Source: Vicugna vicugna (lineage: Eukaryota). Taken from it: DNA of 64,000 nt. The stretch spans positions 2,542,001-2,606,000 of the forward strand of contig MU058213.1 of the NCBI GenBank assembly GCA_013265495.1. Reading direction: 5' to 3'. This document shows positions 38,214-52,698 of this stretch, piece by piece. Positions within the stretch are counted from its first letter, which is position 1, and every line of letters starts with the position of its first letter. Below the pieces are notes generated by a model. That model searched no databases. It was given only the letters and a program-made list of their open reading frames with translations, and was not told the origin of the DNA. A program made the position numbers and the translations under genes.

Positions 38214-40409
38214 AAAGAGCCAGGCTTACTCAGAACCCACCAGTCTGTTTGTGGGTTGTAGATCTACACTGGAAGTCTAAGCAGATAGATCAGAGAGTGT
38301 GGCTACAAAGTATGTCTGACCCCACATCGTTCCTGGTTTAATTAACCCAGGGAGCCTCATCTCACTCTAGGGTTCTGCTGAGAGATTGGCTGTAATGATG
38401 GATAGGGACTGCCAGCTACAAACATAAAACTGCTTCCCGCATAAGGTTCCACGGTCATGGAGTAAGGCAGTATTTTATTAATTTTGCTTGGCTTTTTTCC
38501 CCTCTGGTGTTTTGCTAAGGTTTACTTACCAGAAATGTATAATGAAAGAAACTTCAGTAGCTTCTTTTTTACTTTACAAAGATTAATGATATGGGTTCCT
38601 TCATTGTCATTGATTCTTAAAGTTGACTAGGACAGTTTGTTATGATGGCTCATTCTTTTCTCTTGTTTGCTGACTGTTTTCTTTGGCAGCTTCACGTTGG
38701 TCCAAATAACTTTTTGCTAACATGTTACTGTTATGTATAGTCATTTTTTTTTTCATTTTCATTTTATTCCTCCAAGTTTTATACCTTATAAATAGTGCAG
38801 CTTCCTTTGGCAGCCAGGATTTTCGGTGCTATCTCACCATCAAAGATGTGCTGATATTTCAAAACCTGTATAGAGGGGCTCTAAAATGGAAAATCGTATT
38901 CTTATTTTTCTCCCTCCCTCTCTCACGCTCTCCCTCTCTCGCCCCTGCTTTTTCCCCATCTCTTCCCTTCTCCCTGACTCTTTTTTATCTTTTTACTTCT
39001 AGTTACATGGCTTAGCAGTCTTAGTATATAAAAAAGATCCTACGATCTCCATCTGTATATTGTTAATATGCATATATGCTTATCTTTGGTAGACGTTTAT
39101 GTGTATCATCTAAAATAGTATGATACGTATTTATTTTTAGAACCAAATGTCCTGGGTGATCAGGTGTGGGGTTTGTGAGCACTCTGTATCTCACAAAACA
39201 TCGTATGTATTGGGCTCCAGATGCTGGCTTTTCCCTTGATTTTCCTTCCAGACCTTCCAAATCACCACCTCTTAGAGACAGAGCAGGGTATCAAACACTT
39301 AGAGAGATGTTTAAGATAGCCCTACAAAAGTGAACATACTGACTATAGGACAACACAGACTGTTGATGCAATAAAATGATGTCACAAATTAAGAACTGGA
39401 AAATGACACTGTGATGATTAAAGGCAGCAAATTTTTTGTGTCATGAGAATGGATTGAGCGTACACCACCCCTACCCTGTAAACTGATACATAATTGGCAC
39501 ATTTCTGCATTATACATAAAACCCCAAGCATAAACACTAATTTTCAGAAGAAAATATATTCCTTTCAAGTAAATGGTGGTAAATACCATCTAAAGGAAAA
39601 CAGGAATGTTCTTCTAAATCGCCAAGCTTTTTCCTTGTGCAATTTTAATGAAGCATTTTTATTCGGGTAGTAAAATATTTTTGCTTCTCATTGTAAATTC
39701 ACAGATAAAATTTTGTACAAAATTATTATATTGCAGTTCGGAAAACTAATTAAATGTTTTATTTTGTGAATGTAATGAGCTAGTTAAATCTTTGTTGCCA
39801 AAATTAAAAATGTAGGAGGACGGATGGCTGAATAAAGTTTGAGTCATTCATAGCACATGAGATAAATGCAGTTTTGGGAACGTGGTCTACTGCTGAGTCG
39901 AAGATGCTTTGGGAGAATTAAAGATAGTCTGAAGTATATTTTTGAATTTGATATTATAATCTCTTACATCATATTTGGTACATGGTAGTTAGGATGTAAT
40001 TAGTTTATTTGAAATATATCCTTGTAATAGATGATTACACATTATGAGAGGAATATATGAAGACATGAGAAAAACAGGCAGATGGATTTTGGAAAAGAAC
40101 AGCTCACTTTCAATAGAATCATCTAAGTGGTAATAACTACTCAGAATATTGCTGAGCGCCTTCAAGCATGAAACAAGTCTCACAAGAAGATAAAGTGTGA
40201 TATTAGTCTATCCACAAAATGTATTTCTATGACATAAAATGTGTGTTGTTCTATGATTATTCCTTTCTGAGACTATATACTGTTTTCTTAACATGAACTT
40301 AACAAGTCTGATTAATTGACTTCCTCTGTGATGGTGGGTCAGTTCACAGTGGGGTTTGCTAGAGGTTCTAACACAAAGCAAGGGAATAGCCTGAATACAG
40401 AAGTGCGTG

Positions 40410-43400
40410 TGTGTGTGTGCACCACATCTTCTTTATCTGTTCATCTGTTGATGGGCACTTATGTTACTTCTGTATCTTGGCTGTTATAAATAATGCTGCT
40501 ATGAACCCTGAGGTGTGTGTATCTTTTCAAATTATTGTTTTCGTTTTCTTCGGATGTATACCCATGAGTGGAATTGCTGGAACTCCAAGTGGTAGTTCTG
40601 TTTTTCATTTTTTAAGGAACCTCCACTCTGTTTCCACAGTGGCTGCACCAGTTTACATTCCCACCAACAATGTATTAGTGTTTCCTTTTCTCCAGATCCT
40701 TAACATTTGTTACTTGTGGTAGTTTTGATGATAGCCATTTTGACGTGTGTAAAGTGTATCTCATTGTGATTTTGACTTGTGTTTATCTGAGAATTAGCGA
40801 TATTGAGCATCTTTTTCTGTACCTGTTGGCCGTCTGTCTCTTGTTAGGACAAATGTCTATTCATATTTTCTGCCCATTTTTTGATTGAGTTCATATTAAC
40901 CCCTTATCAGTCATTTCACTCACTTACAAATATTTTCTCTCATTCAGTAGGTTGTCTTTTCATTTTGTCAACGGTTTCCTTTGCTGTGCAAAAAGCATAT
41001 AAGTTTAATTAGGTCTTACTCATTTATTTTTTCTTTTGTTTCCTTTGCCTTAGGAGATAGATCCAAAAATAATATTACTATGATTTATGTCATAGAATGT
41101 TCTACCTACATTTTTATCTAGGAGTTTTATGGTTTCCAGTCTTACATTTAGGTCTTTAATCCATTTCAAGTTTATTTTTACATATGGTGTAAGAAAATGT
41201 CCTAATTTCATTCTTCTTTACGTAGCTGTCCAGTTTTCCCTTCAGTGACTATTGTGGCTACAGATGATTTTAGTACTTTGTCCTTTAACTTTCCTACTAG
41301 CTTTATACATGGTTGATTTACTACATTCACTGTATATTTTCCTTTACTGAGGAGGTTTTTTTTTTTAAATTTTCAGTTTCTCATTGTGACCTTTTCTTCT
41401 TCACTTAAAGAAGTCCCTTTAACATTTCTTGTACAGCTGGTTTGATGGTGCTAAACTCTTAGCTTTTGCTTGTCTGTAAAATTTTAGATCTCTCCATCAA
41501 ATCTGAATGAAAGCTTTGCCTGGTGGAGGATCCTTGGTTGCAGATTTATCCCTTTCATCACTTGAAATATATCGTGCCACTCCCTTCTGGCCTGTGGAGT
41601 TTCTACTAAAAAGTCGGCTGATAGCCTTATGAGAATTCCCTTGTTTCTTTTCCTTTGCTGCCTTTACTGTTCTCTCTTTATCTTCAGTTTTTGCCATTTT
41701 CATTACAAAGTTTCTTGCTTTGTTCCTCTTTGGACAGATCCTGTTTGGGACTCTCGGTGCCTCCTGCACTTATTTCCTTTCCCAAGTTAGGGAAGTTTTC
41801 ATCTATTATGTCTTCACAATCATTCTCTGCCCCTTTCTCTCTCTACTCCTTCTGGGACCCATATATTGTGAATGTTGGTACACTTGATGATGTTCCAGAG
41901 ATCTCGTAAACTGGCCTTATTTCTTTTTATTCTTTTTTTTTCTTTTTTCTGTTCAGCTTCAGTGAGTTCCACTGCTCTGTCTTCCAGCTCACTGATCAGT
42001 TTCTCTGTATCATTTAATCTACTGTAGATTCCTTCTAGTGTATTTTTCACTTCAGTTATTGTGTTATTCATCTCTGTTAAACACTTTTAACTTCTTGCTC
42101 TGTTCTTCCATTCTTCTCCTGAATTCTTTAATCATCTTTACAATCATTACCTTGAACTCTTCCTCAGGTAGGTTGCCTATCTCCACTTCACTTAATTCTT
42201 TTTTCTGGGATTTTATCTTGTTTCTTTATCTGAAACATGTTTCTCTGTCATCTCGTTTTGTCTTACTTGCTGTTTTTATTCTGTGTATTTGGTAGGTTTA
42301 TTGTGTTTCCTGACCTTGGAGAAGTGGCCTTTGTAGGAGACGTCCTATGCATCTTAGCAGTTCACTTCCCCATGGTCTCCAGGGCCAGAAAGCTCTAGGG
42401 CTGCCCCTCTGTGGGCTGCAAGGGTCCTTCTGTTGTGGCAAGCAGACTGCTGTGGGCAGTCTTGTAGGTGTGGCTGGCCCCCTGTCTAGTTGGTTGCCAG
42501 GCCCTGCCTTGCACAGAGGCTGCCAGTTGCTGGCTGATGGGGCAGGGTCATGAGGTGGTGTCTGTCGAACCAGAGAGGTCCCCATGCAAGAGCTGACTCA
42601 TGGGTGGGTGAGGTTGGGGTCTAGGATATTCTGGGGCTGGTATCCACCCACCAATGGGTGAAGCCAGGTCTTGGGGCTAGTGCTGGCTGACTAATGGGCA
42701 GTACTAAGTCCTGGGGTCTATTTGCAGAGTTCGGGGGTCCCAGGGCTGGTGTCAGACCGCTGGTGTTTGGGGCTAGGTTCTGACACAGCTAGTTATAGGG
42801 TCCTGGGTATCTCGAAGCTTATCTCAGCCAGGGGATTCTAGGGCTGATGCCTGCTCAGTCATAGGTGAGCTGAGTTCTGGGGGCTCTGGCTGAGGGCCCT
42901 AGGAGTCCCAGGTCTAGTGCCTGCACACTGGTGTGTGGGGCTGGATCCTGGGCCCTCTGGTTAGCAGAGCAGTGTTCAGGGATGGTTGTGGACTCAGGGG
43001 CTCTTAAGGCATCCTATCTGCTGGTGGGTAGGGCTGTGCCTCTGCCCAATTTGTTGCTTGGTCTGAGGCATCCCAGCACTGGTGCCTTCAGGCTAGTGGG
43101 TGACGTAGGGCTGGGTCCCCAGACTAATACACTGGAGGGAGCATTCCAAAATGGTGCTTGCCAGCACCAGTGTCCACATGGTAGAATGAGCTCCCCAAAA
43201 TGGCTTTAGCCAGTGTCTCTGCCCCCAGGCTGAGCTCTAGCTGCCTCCTGCCTCAACAGGAAACTCTCCAAGATCGGAGTGTGGATCTGACCCAGGCTCC
43301 TTTCAGATTACTGCTTCTGCCCTGGGTCCCAAAGTGTGTAAGATTTTGTGTGTGCCCTTTAAGAATGGGGTCTCTATTTCTTATAGCCCTCTGGGTCTCC

Positions 43401-43770
43401 GGAAAGTAAACCCTGCTGCCTTCAAAGCCAGAAGTTCTGGATGCTCATCTTCTTGGCACAGGACCCTGGGGCTGGGAAGCCTGATGTGGGGCTCAGATCC
43501 CTCACTCCTTAGGGAGAACCTCTGCCGTTGTAATCGCTCTCTCGTTTGTGGGCTGCCCACCCGGGGCTATGGGTCTTGACTCAGTTAAGATCCTGCCCCT
43601 CCCACCCTTCTCGTTGTAGTTCCTTCTTTATATCTTTACCTGTAGAAGATCTTTTCTGGTAGGGTTTGGTCTTTTTCATAAATAGTTATTGTATAAACAG
43701 TTGTAATTTTGTTGTGCTGGATAAAAACAGATCAGCTCAGGGCTTCCCACTCAGCCACTGTGGGAATGCT
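40410..43770 (-). mobile_element. LINE-1 with 5'UTR, decayed ORF1 and late ORF2; most of ORF2 deleted, 3' end missing
   Basis: ORF1p remnants MNNTITEVKNTLEGIYSRLNDTEKLISELEDR...LRDLWNIIKCTNIHNIWVPEG and QEAPRVPNRICPKRNKARNFVMKMAKTEDKERTVKAAKEK. GC-rich 5'UTR at 42300-43770. Late ORF2 antisense text at 40410-41240. Confidence 0.9.
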
Positions 43771-46147
43771 TTCTCTGCACACATTCTTAATATTTAAGGA
43801 TTAAAAAATAAAATGTATTCAAAATGAACACTTTTTTTATAAAATATATATTTTATTAAAATATATAATTTAAAATAAACTTTTTTACTGAAATTTCGTT
43901 GAATTTTAATTTTAATTTTTAAAGTATGTAATTTTTAATTTTAATTATGTGTGTTTTCAGATAGAGTTCAAATACAGTTTTCAGAAAGTTATTTACTTCT
44001 AAAATATTCCAAAATATTTATTAAAATAAGGGCAAATGCAAGTTATTTTATGTATACTTTTATGTAAATCACTTGAATAAAGGTATAACTTAATGAGTTA
44101 AATCTCATAAGTCTAAATTTCAAAAGTAAAATCTAGACAGACCTAGAATTCAGAAGCCATCTAGTTGGCAAAGAATCAGTATCAGGCTTCACGTATATAC
44201 ATGGAGAACTACATGTATACAGACTTGGAAAGTAATAGGAATCACTTAATATTCAGGGTATTCCCCAGCTAGCATGTGCACCTGTTTTGCATGCTGCCTT
44301 GACTCAGGAGTCAAAGCAAATGCCTGAATTGGATCCAAAGAAAATAGGTGCTTGTTAATACTTTGTTATGCAATAATCTATTGTGTTTATGCTATCCAGA
44401 GAAAGAAACTAGTGAGTTACTTTACCCCTTCTCTTACCTAAGTGTTTCCATAGCTCGAATTCCTTCCCATAGGCCAAAGCTGTACCTGTATCTGTTGGCA
44501 GCGATGGCAGCCTGCAAACCTTGGTAGCATTTGGACACAGTCACCTTTTGTTTCTAGGATGCAGAACAAAAGATAGTCCAAACTGTTTCTGTGGGGCTTG
44601 GAGGGTATTAATAGTAAAAGCAAGTGGTGAGTGAGTCACAAAAGCAGACGTTTAGAGTTCTGGCTTGCTCCTTGCCAGCACCCTGTCGGGTCCCAAGTGA
44701 CAGAGGAGCCCACAGGCTATTAAGTTTTGAGTTTGTACTTGCGGTATGATGTGTGGGCCTGAGGGCAAGGGTCTTCCCTTATCTGGATTTCAGAGTAGTA
44801 TGGCATTAAGTTCCTGCCTGTAAGTTTATCAAATAAATGTTTCCTCTTAAGGTATGGAGGGATACTAGACATCTGAAGGGACCAGGGTAGGGGGAGAGCC
44901 AGCATCGAAAGGGGAAGGAGAGAAATGGATTTGGAGGGACCTGAGGCAAAATATCACCTAATTCATAATTTTGCTTGAGAGTTTTGGTCTGTATGTTCTA
45001 GTTTATTACTCTTGTTTCTGTTAATGTGTTTATGTGTGTGTGAGTGTGTATGTATGTTTTCTCTCTGTTTCTTGGCTCTGAAAATTGTCTTAAGTTAATT
45101 ATTGTTTGGATAATTTGCAAATCTTTGATTTGGGATTGTGTTCCCTCTTGTGTTCATCACTGGGATTTAAGTCCCTCTAGTCAGGTTTTGGAAAGCAGGA
45201 TGCCCTCAGTTTCCTTATAACAAAGTAATCCCTTCAATTAGTGTGTTCAGCCTGGAATGTAAAGGATGTTTCTACTATGAATCACAGCTCTTGGCTTGAA
45301 GGAGAGTCATGGACCTCAGCCAGAAGTTCTCAGATGACAAAGTCAACCTGCATATAGTTAAGGATATTTGGGGTTTGGTTGTGTCTATATTTGTAGCCAG
45401 AATTGGCCCAGATTTTAATATTGATCAGGGATAAAGGTAGTTAATAATAACATTTTTGTGTCTATTCCCCAGTACAGTATGTCCACATGAAAATAACAGT
45501 TTTAAGCTAAAGTTTTTGGTCAAGAGAGAAAAAACAAGTCACATACTAGAAAATCTTGCTAAAGAAATGTCAACAGAAAAGTCACAGGTTGCAAAATAAG
45601 TTTAGCTCAACTTAAAAGGTAAAGAAGAAACCATCTGGCTTAGGAGTTGGATGTGGTTCCTCTCCTTTTCAACCATCTTAATTCTTTAAGTGTTAAATAT
45701 CCGGGCCAAAAATGTGGTCTACTCATTCACATCTGCAGTATTACTCAGGGATTATGCCTTCTACTTTGATTCATGTTTTATTCATGCTTACAAGTTTTCA
45801 TTCTTTCTGGCACTTTGTATCAGGCTAAAAGTAGTCAAAGTATGAACGCTTGCAGATAAATAGAAAAATATTGGTACGCTGTCACTCTTTAAGTCACCAG
45901 AATTCTCATCTTTTTCAGAAAGGCACATTAGAGCATTCAGATTATTTCTTATGTCTGTTCTACACAGGACCTAACGATGACTTTTGCATTTTGTAAAATT
46001 TCAAGTCTGTCTCTAGCAATTCACTTTGCCTTTCCCTCAGATGTGCTTTTTTCTTCCTTTTTGAAATACTGCTAATAAGAGTCGATTGGAACACAGCATT
46101 GTTGGCAAACCAAACTTTATTAAACGTTTGATTTTTATCTGTTATAG

Positions 46148-46274
46148 AACATGAAAATCAGAGGTTATGCAAGAGCACCGATTATATGAATTTGCATTTC
46201 AAAGTGAAATGGTTTTATAATGAATATGTGCGAGAACTTCCTGCCTTCAAGGATGCCGTTCCTGAGTACTCCTT
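46148..46274 (+). CDS. UNC13C: UNC13C (Munc13-3) internal coding exon, 127 bp, MUN/MHD1 region
   Basis: ttatag| acceptor and |gtaagt donor. Translates (E)[41 protein letters not shown](L), matching Munc13-3 as I recall it (Munc13-1/2 differ, e.g. ...[20 protein letters not shown]). Ends with TT, completed to TTG by the next exon. Confidence 0.96.
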
Positions 46275-47619
46275 GTAAGTAGTGATTTTCACCCTCAAGT
46301 TTATTCTCAATTCATAGTCCTGTAAAATTACACCTGAATTATGCAGCCCTAAAAATCTCTTCACAAAATCTTCATTTGAATGCAGGCGTTTCTATTATAA
46401 AATTAACATTAAATGATTTGCATGTCTTTGGGAACCACATTTAATTGAATTGTGTTGCCTTTTTCAAGTATGCCTTACTTGGATATTCAACTCAGAGAGA
46501 AAGAGATATATAATGCATAATACATAATAGCTTCCATGATGAGATTATTTATTGTAAAAGTGCTTTAGCTCAGATTTTGTTGGGAAAATGAGGGGTGCCT
46601 GTATTTGGCTCTATATAATCAGATTTTCCATTATTTCAAACTGAAAAAAAGTCTTAGAAATTCCTATTTCTAAAACAGAAGTCATTATTAAACAGGTAAC
46701 ATTTTTCGTAAATGCATCTCTATCAAATATATTTGTAATCACACAATCAGATTTCTAAAGTCTGCATTTACTATATATCAGAAGTCTGTTTCATTCTATT
46801 GAGGGAGAGGAGGTCTTCCATATTCCAAGCACCGTGCCCAGGCTTGTGGGACAATGGTGAACAAAATGAAGACCTCACCCTGAAAGGAGCTTATACTCAA
46901 GGAGATACTGATAAGTAAAAAAATCATGATAAAGCAAGGCAAAGCAAAATAAATACTTGTTCAATGGTGTCTCACAGAAGAGAGACATTACCTATTTGGG
47001 AGACTCTACACAGTATTTATGGATGGGGTAGCGTTTGATGTAGACTGTGAAAATTTTGTCAGGTTATGACAAGGAAAGGGAGAAAAGCATTAAGATGGAA
47101 AATTATGAGCATAATTATAGCAGTAGGAGTATATGGGCTCTGGTCCATGGGAAATAGCATCATTCCAGTGGAGGACAGGGCATTTTTACAAAATGAGTAG
47201 AAAGTGATATAGGAGAAGTGATTCTGAACTAGATTATATAAATAAGTACTGTGATGCTTTTACCACTTTCACTAAGCATTGTGGGAGTTGGAAGAGGCAG
47301 AGGATAGAGGACGGGGAAGAGATTTAAAAGGTAGTGAGTAATGTGATGATGAGATTAGAACTGCTCATTAATATAACTTTTCTTACAGTTTATAAGATAC
47401 ACTAGGATACTACGACAACTTAAAAGTTACACAAATAATAGAGACATTCTAGTAAGAATAAATAATGAAGATGTGTGGGAGAGAAATTTTGAAGATACAA
47501 TGTACAGAATTTGTCAACTAAAGATGTATGAGGATAAAATAAAGGAAGAGTTAAACATGAAGTATGTGTGCCTAAGTCAGAAAAGAAATCGTGGTGTAAA
47601 TTACGCAATATTTTTCACT

Positions 47620-49530
47620 AAGCAATAATGAAATGTGGCCTATCTTAACTTGTGGATTACCGCTAAAACAGGAAATAGAGACAAATTTATAGCTTTAATT
47701 CTACATAAAGGAAAAAAGTCTATACAATCCATAATACAAGTTAGCAGAAGAAATATTTAAAAGCAATTCCAGTCAAAAGAAAATAATATGACCTGGAATA
47801 AAAATAAAATGGAAAATTTAAGGAGAAATTACAAAGCTAAAAGTTTGTTTTTCGAAAGACTACAAAAATGAAAAAAAGACTTAGCAAGGCCAATGAAAAA
47901 GAAGAGATGTCACAAATTATCACTGTCAGGAAAGGAGATCACTAAAGATCATACAAAGATTAAAAAATAATAAGAGAATATTTATGGTAATACATTTAAA
48001 AGCTAGGTAAAATATATAAATTCCTTTAAATACTAAGCTGGCATAGGAAAAAAGGTAAAATCTAAATGGGCCTATAACTGTTTTAAAATTTGAATCTTTA
48101 ATTAAAAATCATGTCACATTTAAAACTCCAGGTCCAGATGGCTCCAAATGGAATTCTTCCAACTGTTTAAGAAAGATCAACAATATTACACAAATATTCC
48201 AGAGAAGGCAGGAATATTCTCAAATCATTTTTGAGGTCAGCATATTTTTACTACTAGAACCTACTGAGAACATGAAAAATAAGAATAATTACAGTCCTAT
48301 TTCTCTCTGAACATAGTTTAAAAGAAAAACTCAAAATATTAGCCAATAGAATTAAGTGGTTTATAAAAAGGCTAATATAACATGACCAAGGGGAGTTTAT
48401 CCCTGGAATCTGAGATTAGTTAAACATTTTAAAAGCATGGAATGTAATTCACCTTATTTAAAGAATGAGGGAGAAAATCCTTATGGTCATTACACTAAAC
48501 AAATAATAATAATTAGGTAAAACAGAACATCAGTTTATTATTAAAATCTCTTAGCAAGTTAGGAATAGAAGGGACCTATCTTAACCTAATAAATGACGCC
48601 CTGCCTTCCAAAAAAATAACTATACAAACGTTATGCTTATGAATAAAGTTTTGTGAACTTCAAGAATGAGACTGCTAGCTAGTAACATCACTTTTTCTTA
48701 ACATTGTACTAGAAATCCTAGCCAGTACAATGAGACAAGAAAAGGGAAAAATATAAAGATTGTAATATCATTTAATGTATATGTAAATGATGCTATCAGT
48801 ATATGTATATGGTTATGTTTATGTATAATTGTGCATCTAGAGAATCCAAAAGAAACTATTAGGAAAACTAATAGAATTTAAAATGTGAATATAGTAAGTC
48901 CATATACAATTTATTTGAATTTCTATATGATATCCACAGTTAGAAAATTACACATAAATCATACCATTTAAATAGCATTAAAACTATGATACACAAATGT
49001 GATGAAAGACTGCATGCCCTCTATTCAAGTAACTATAAAAATATTACTAAGAGAATTACTGAAGATGAATTAAATAAAATATACAATGTTCCTAAAAAGA
49101 TGCATTATTGTAAAGATATAGTAGTTCTCTCCACATTGACTTACAGATTCAATGCAGTCCCATAAAAAGTCCAGCAGCTACTTTTGTGCAAATTGCCAAG
49201 TGTATTTTAAAAATGTTCTATATAGAAAGGCAAAGGGCTAAGAATAGGCAAGGCAATCTTGAAGAGGAAATACAAAACTTGGAGAACTCTGCTATCAGTT
49301 ATCAAGACATACTCAAAAGTTACAGTTATTAAAACAGTGTGGTGCTGTGCATGACAAATAGACCAATGAAACAAAGTAGGGCAGAGACAAATCCACCCAT
49401 TGCTGTTACCCGATTTACATCAAAGATGCCAATTCAAGGCAGTAGGGGAAAGAATGATCTTCTAAATAAGTGGTGCTAGACAATTTTGAAAGTTAGACCA
49501 TTCACAAAACCCAGTGGCAGGTGGAATGCA
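47620..49530 (+). mobile_element. Old, heavily decayed L1M ORF2 segment
   Basis: aaaactccaggtccagatggc, catgaccaaggggagtttatccctggaat, ttgtactagaaatcctagccagtacaatgagacaagaaaa and tacagttattaaaacagtgtggtg are L1 ORF2 landmarks in the expected order. Confidence 0.8.
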
Positions 49531-49946
49531 GATCATAAAAAGCTAGAGGTGAGCACCCAGGATCGGTACTGGAGACTAGTCAGTATAGATGAAAGCCAGA
49601 TGGTAAAGCAGTAAGAAACGAGAGACTGGCCCAATACGGGACAGAGCACACAAGATTTACATTTTACAGGACTTTGAATTGTAAAGTGCGAATTGGAAAC
49701 ATAGCATATTTGTGTCAGCATGGGAAGGGCCAAGAAAAAGGTAGAGATTGAAGGGAAAAGAGAGCAGTATTTGAGAAGGTATTCAAGAAGTGAAGTTACA
49801 GGTCTCCAGGAGAGCAGCTGTGGAAAAGAGAATGAAGAGAGATTCGTGGTCCTGAATTACTCTCAGATAAGAAGACAGTAGCATTCACTGTTAATTATGT
49901 GCAAACTGCATCTTTTAAAGTATGAAATACTATTAATTTTTTTCAG

Positions 49947-50043
49947 GTGGTTTGAACCTTTTGTCATGCAGTGGCTAGATGAAAATGAAGATGTGTCAAT
50001 GGAGTTCCTTCATGGAGCACTGGGAAGAGACAAGAAAGATGGA
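49947..50043 (+). CDS. UNC13C: UNC13C coding exon, 97 bp
   Basis: tttttttcag| acceptor, |gtgagt donor. G+[32 protein letters not shown], in phase with the previous exon. Confidence 0.97.
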
Positions 50044-50675
50044 GTGAGTATAAATTACTCTCAGATTGCTTATTGTCAAGATTCATTCACACTGCGCACT
50101 TTGAAGCTAAAGGGAATTGTTAGGCTCACTGCTGTTAATTAAGGTTTATTTTAATCCTCTTATTACTAAAATAAAACTAAAACACAATTTTAAAGGCTGA
50201 TAAGAACCCTAGGGAATTGCTAAAACAATCACCCTTTCACTCCAAGATTCTTTACTCCTTGAGTTGGTCTGAATCTACAAGTTCAGTGGGCTTGTAAGGT
50301 GCTGCCTTGTTCCCAGATTAGGAACAGACACCCTCCCAACCACTCTGGGAGCAACTCAAATGTCTAGAGTCACAGTGGCTTGCAAAACCATCCTAATGCC
50401 TGTTGAGAATGAGAAAAGGAAAGAACCAGTCCCTCAGTTCAGCAATGGAGAAACCAGTTAACAGCACCCTGTCCCATGATATGTTTTACTACACTTTCCA
50501 GAAAAGGAGATGAATGATTCTAAAATGGGTAAGCATTTCATTACTGGGAAATGAAGATCCATGATGTGAAGGTACATGATGGAGGAGATTTAGTTGTTTT
50601 TGTGAAATAATGAAGATTCTTTCTGTGGCCCCTCTGATATGCTAACTGGGATGTTGCCACCTTCTCTCCCCTCAG

Positions 50676-50819
50676 TTCCAGCAGACATCTGATCATGCTC
50701 TCTTCTCTTGCTCCGTGGTTGATGTCTTTGCTCAGCTTAATCAGAGCTTTGAGATTATTAAGAAACTGGAATGCCCTAATCCTGAAGCATTATCTCACTT
50801 AATGAGAAGATTTGCAAAG
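50676..50819 (+). CDS. UNC13C: UNC13C coding exon, 144 bp
   Basis: cttctctcccctcag| acceptor, |gtaggt donor. [48 protein letters not shown], phase 0/0. Confidence 0.97.
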
Positions 50820-52200
50820 GTAGGTTAAGTGGAACGTATCTTTCCTTTGCTGGGACTGGCGCATGTTATTTTTCTGCACAGAACCTAAAAGATGCTATTG
50901 TTTTGTAGCAAAAGTCTTGTCTGACAACTACGCCAATTTAATTTGCTACCTCTAGGACTATAGGCTATTTCAGGTTTGTCATCTGATTTTTGTTCTGCTT
51001 TTCCTGTTTCTTACGTATGGATTTATCATCCATATCTACTTGTTATTAACATCAATGACTCAGTTATTTATAATTGAAGAGACTGCCATGGGTGGCCAGA
51101 TTAATTTCCATTTCAAATGTGGTGCTTTTAGCTGAAAATCAGTCTTGGAATTTCATACTCAAACTGAAAGTATTTTTTAGCAGTAGTACATTGCAGTCCA
51201 GTGAAAAGTGTATTGGACTTGAAATCATGCAAACTGAGTTCTAATTTCAAATCAGCCAATAACTGTAGTGTGAGTTATTCCGTTCATTTTTATGAGTTTA
51301 GTTGACATACTGATCTTGAGCAACTGGATTCCTCTTAAGACTCCTTCCTACTCTTAGCATCTAAGGAGGCTTGCAAAGTGCTTACAACTTTGCCAAGAGT
51401 TTGAAGGGAAATACAAGAAATAAAAGATGCTGTCTCCACCCTTCAAATCTTAAATATATATATAATCATAATAATGAAGACAACATGACATGAACGAGTT
51501 GGAAGACAGCATGAAGGAGGACACAGTTCAGTCTCAAGCACAGTGGAATCCATAGTAAGTTGAGCAGAAGGAAAATTAACGAGAGCTGAAATAGACGAAG
51601 GGTTCCTGGGAAAACAGGGCTCATTCAGCCTAAAAAGGTGACGTTGGAAAAGTATTCTAAGCTTACAGGAGTAGCAAGAACCAAGGGAGAGGTAGAGCTG
51701 AGCTGACATGTAAAAAGCAGGGAGAAACACTCTGCTGGCAGAAAACAAAAAACAAAAGAATCTGTTCCGGGAGAAGCAGTGGGGAGGCCTGGGAGAGTGA
51801 AGATGGGTCCAGATCCTGAAGGGCTCTGGTTTCCAGGTTGAAAGTTTAGACTTAATCTTCTGAACGATTTAAGAAATGATGAGTCTTTGGAGATTTGTAA
51901 GCAGGACAGTGATACGGCTAATACAGGGCAAGGGCCTACACAGTCGTGTGTCTCAGCCGGAGGGTTAGCCTGGCTCCGTGGGTAGGATGATGGCCAAGGT
52001 CTCGGCTGTTGGTTTAACAGGTGCTCACTTTTTGCCTCACTTGCACTGTTTACTTGCCACTTTGAGAGATGTCACTATGAATTAGCATGATCTCTGACCT
52101 CAAAGAAACATATAATGCGACAGCCAGACCTGTAAACAGCTATGAAAAAGTCAAATGCTGTAATCAGTGTATCTCAGAGGTTGAAAAAGGCCTAGTACAA

Positions 52201-52283
52201 ATGTACATTCATATATGTTATATATATCATATGTATAATATATATACTATATAATCTATGTTTATATATATCATATATATAAT
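52201..52283. repeat. TA-rich low-complexity tract
   Basis: Degenerate (TA)n. Confidence 0.8.
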
Positions 52284-52336
52284 GTTAAAGAAAGGAAATA
52301 CCAAAACTCGGTAAAATTACATAATATTTAGGCTGC

Positions 52337-52698
52337 TGTATTAACTTAGTGGGCTGCCATGAATACAGTACTGCAGAATGATGGCATCAACAGCAGAAAT
52401 TAATTTTCTCACAGTTCTGCAAATGGTAAACCTAAGATCGGGGTGACAGCAGGTTTGGTTTCTTCTGAGGCCTCTCGTGGCTGTGCGTAGATGGTTCTCT
52501 TCTCAGTGCGTCCCCACATGGTCTTTCCTCTGTGTATGCACATGCCTGGCATTTCTCTGTGTGTCTAAACTTTCTCTTCTTATAAAGACACCAGTCGAAT
52601 TGGATTAGGGCTCACACTAATGGCCTCATTTTAACTAACTCACTGGTTTTGAAGGCCCTGTCTCCAAATACAGTCGTACTCTGAGGTACCGAGAGTTA
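52337..52698 (-). mobile_element. MaLR (MLT1A-like) LTR
   Basis: tgtattaacttagtgggctgccat...cagaaattaattttctcacagttctg...tcttcttataaagacaccagtcgaattggattagggc...ctctgaggtac. Confidence 0.85.

Larger units (their letters stand above)
1..46147 (+). other. UNC13C: Distal part of a large UNC13C intron; preceding exon is upstream of the window
   Basis: The first exon found is an internal phase-1 exon. By eye I saw no upstream Munc13-coding sequence in 1-46147, which is dominated by interspersed repeats. Confidence 0.8.
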
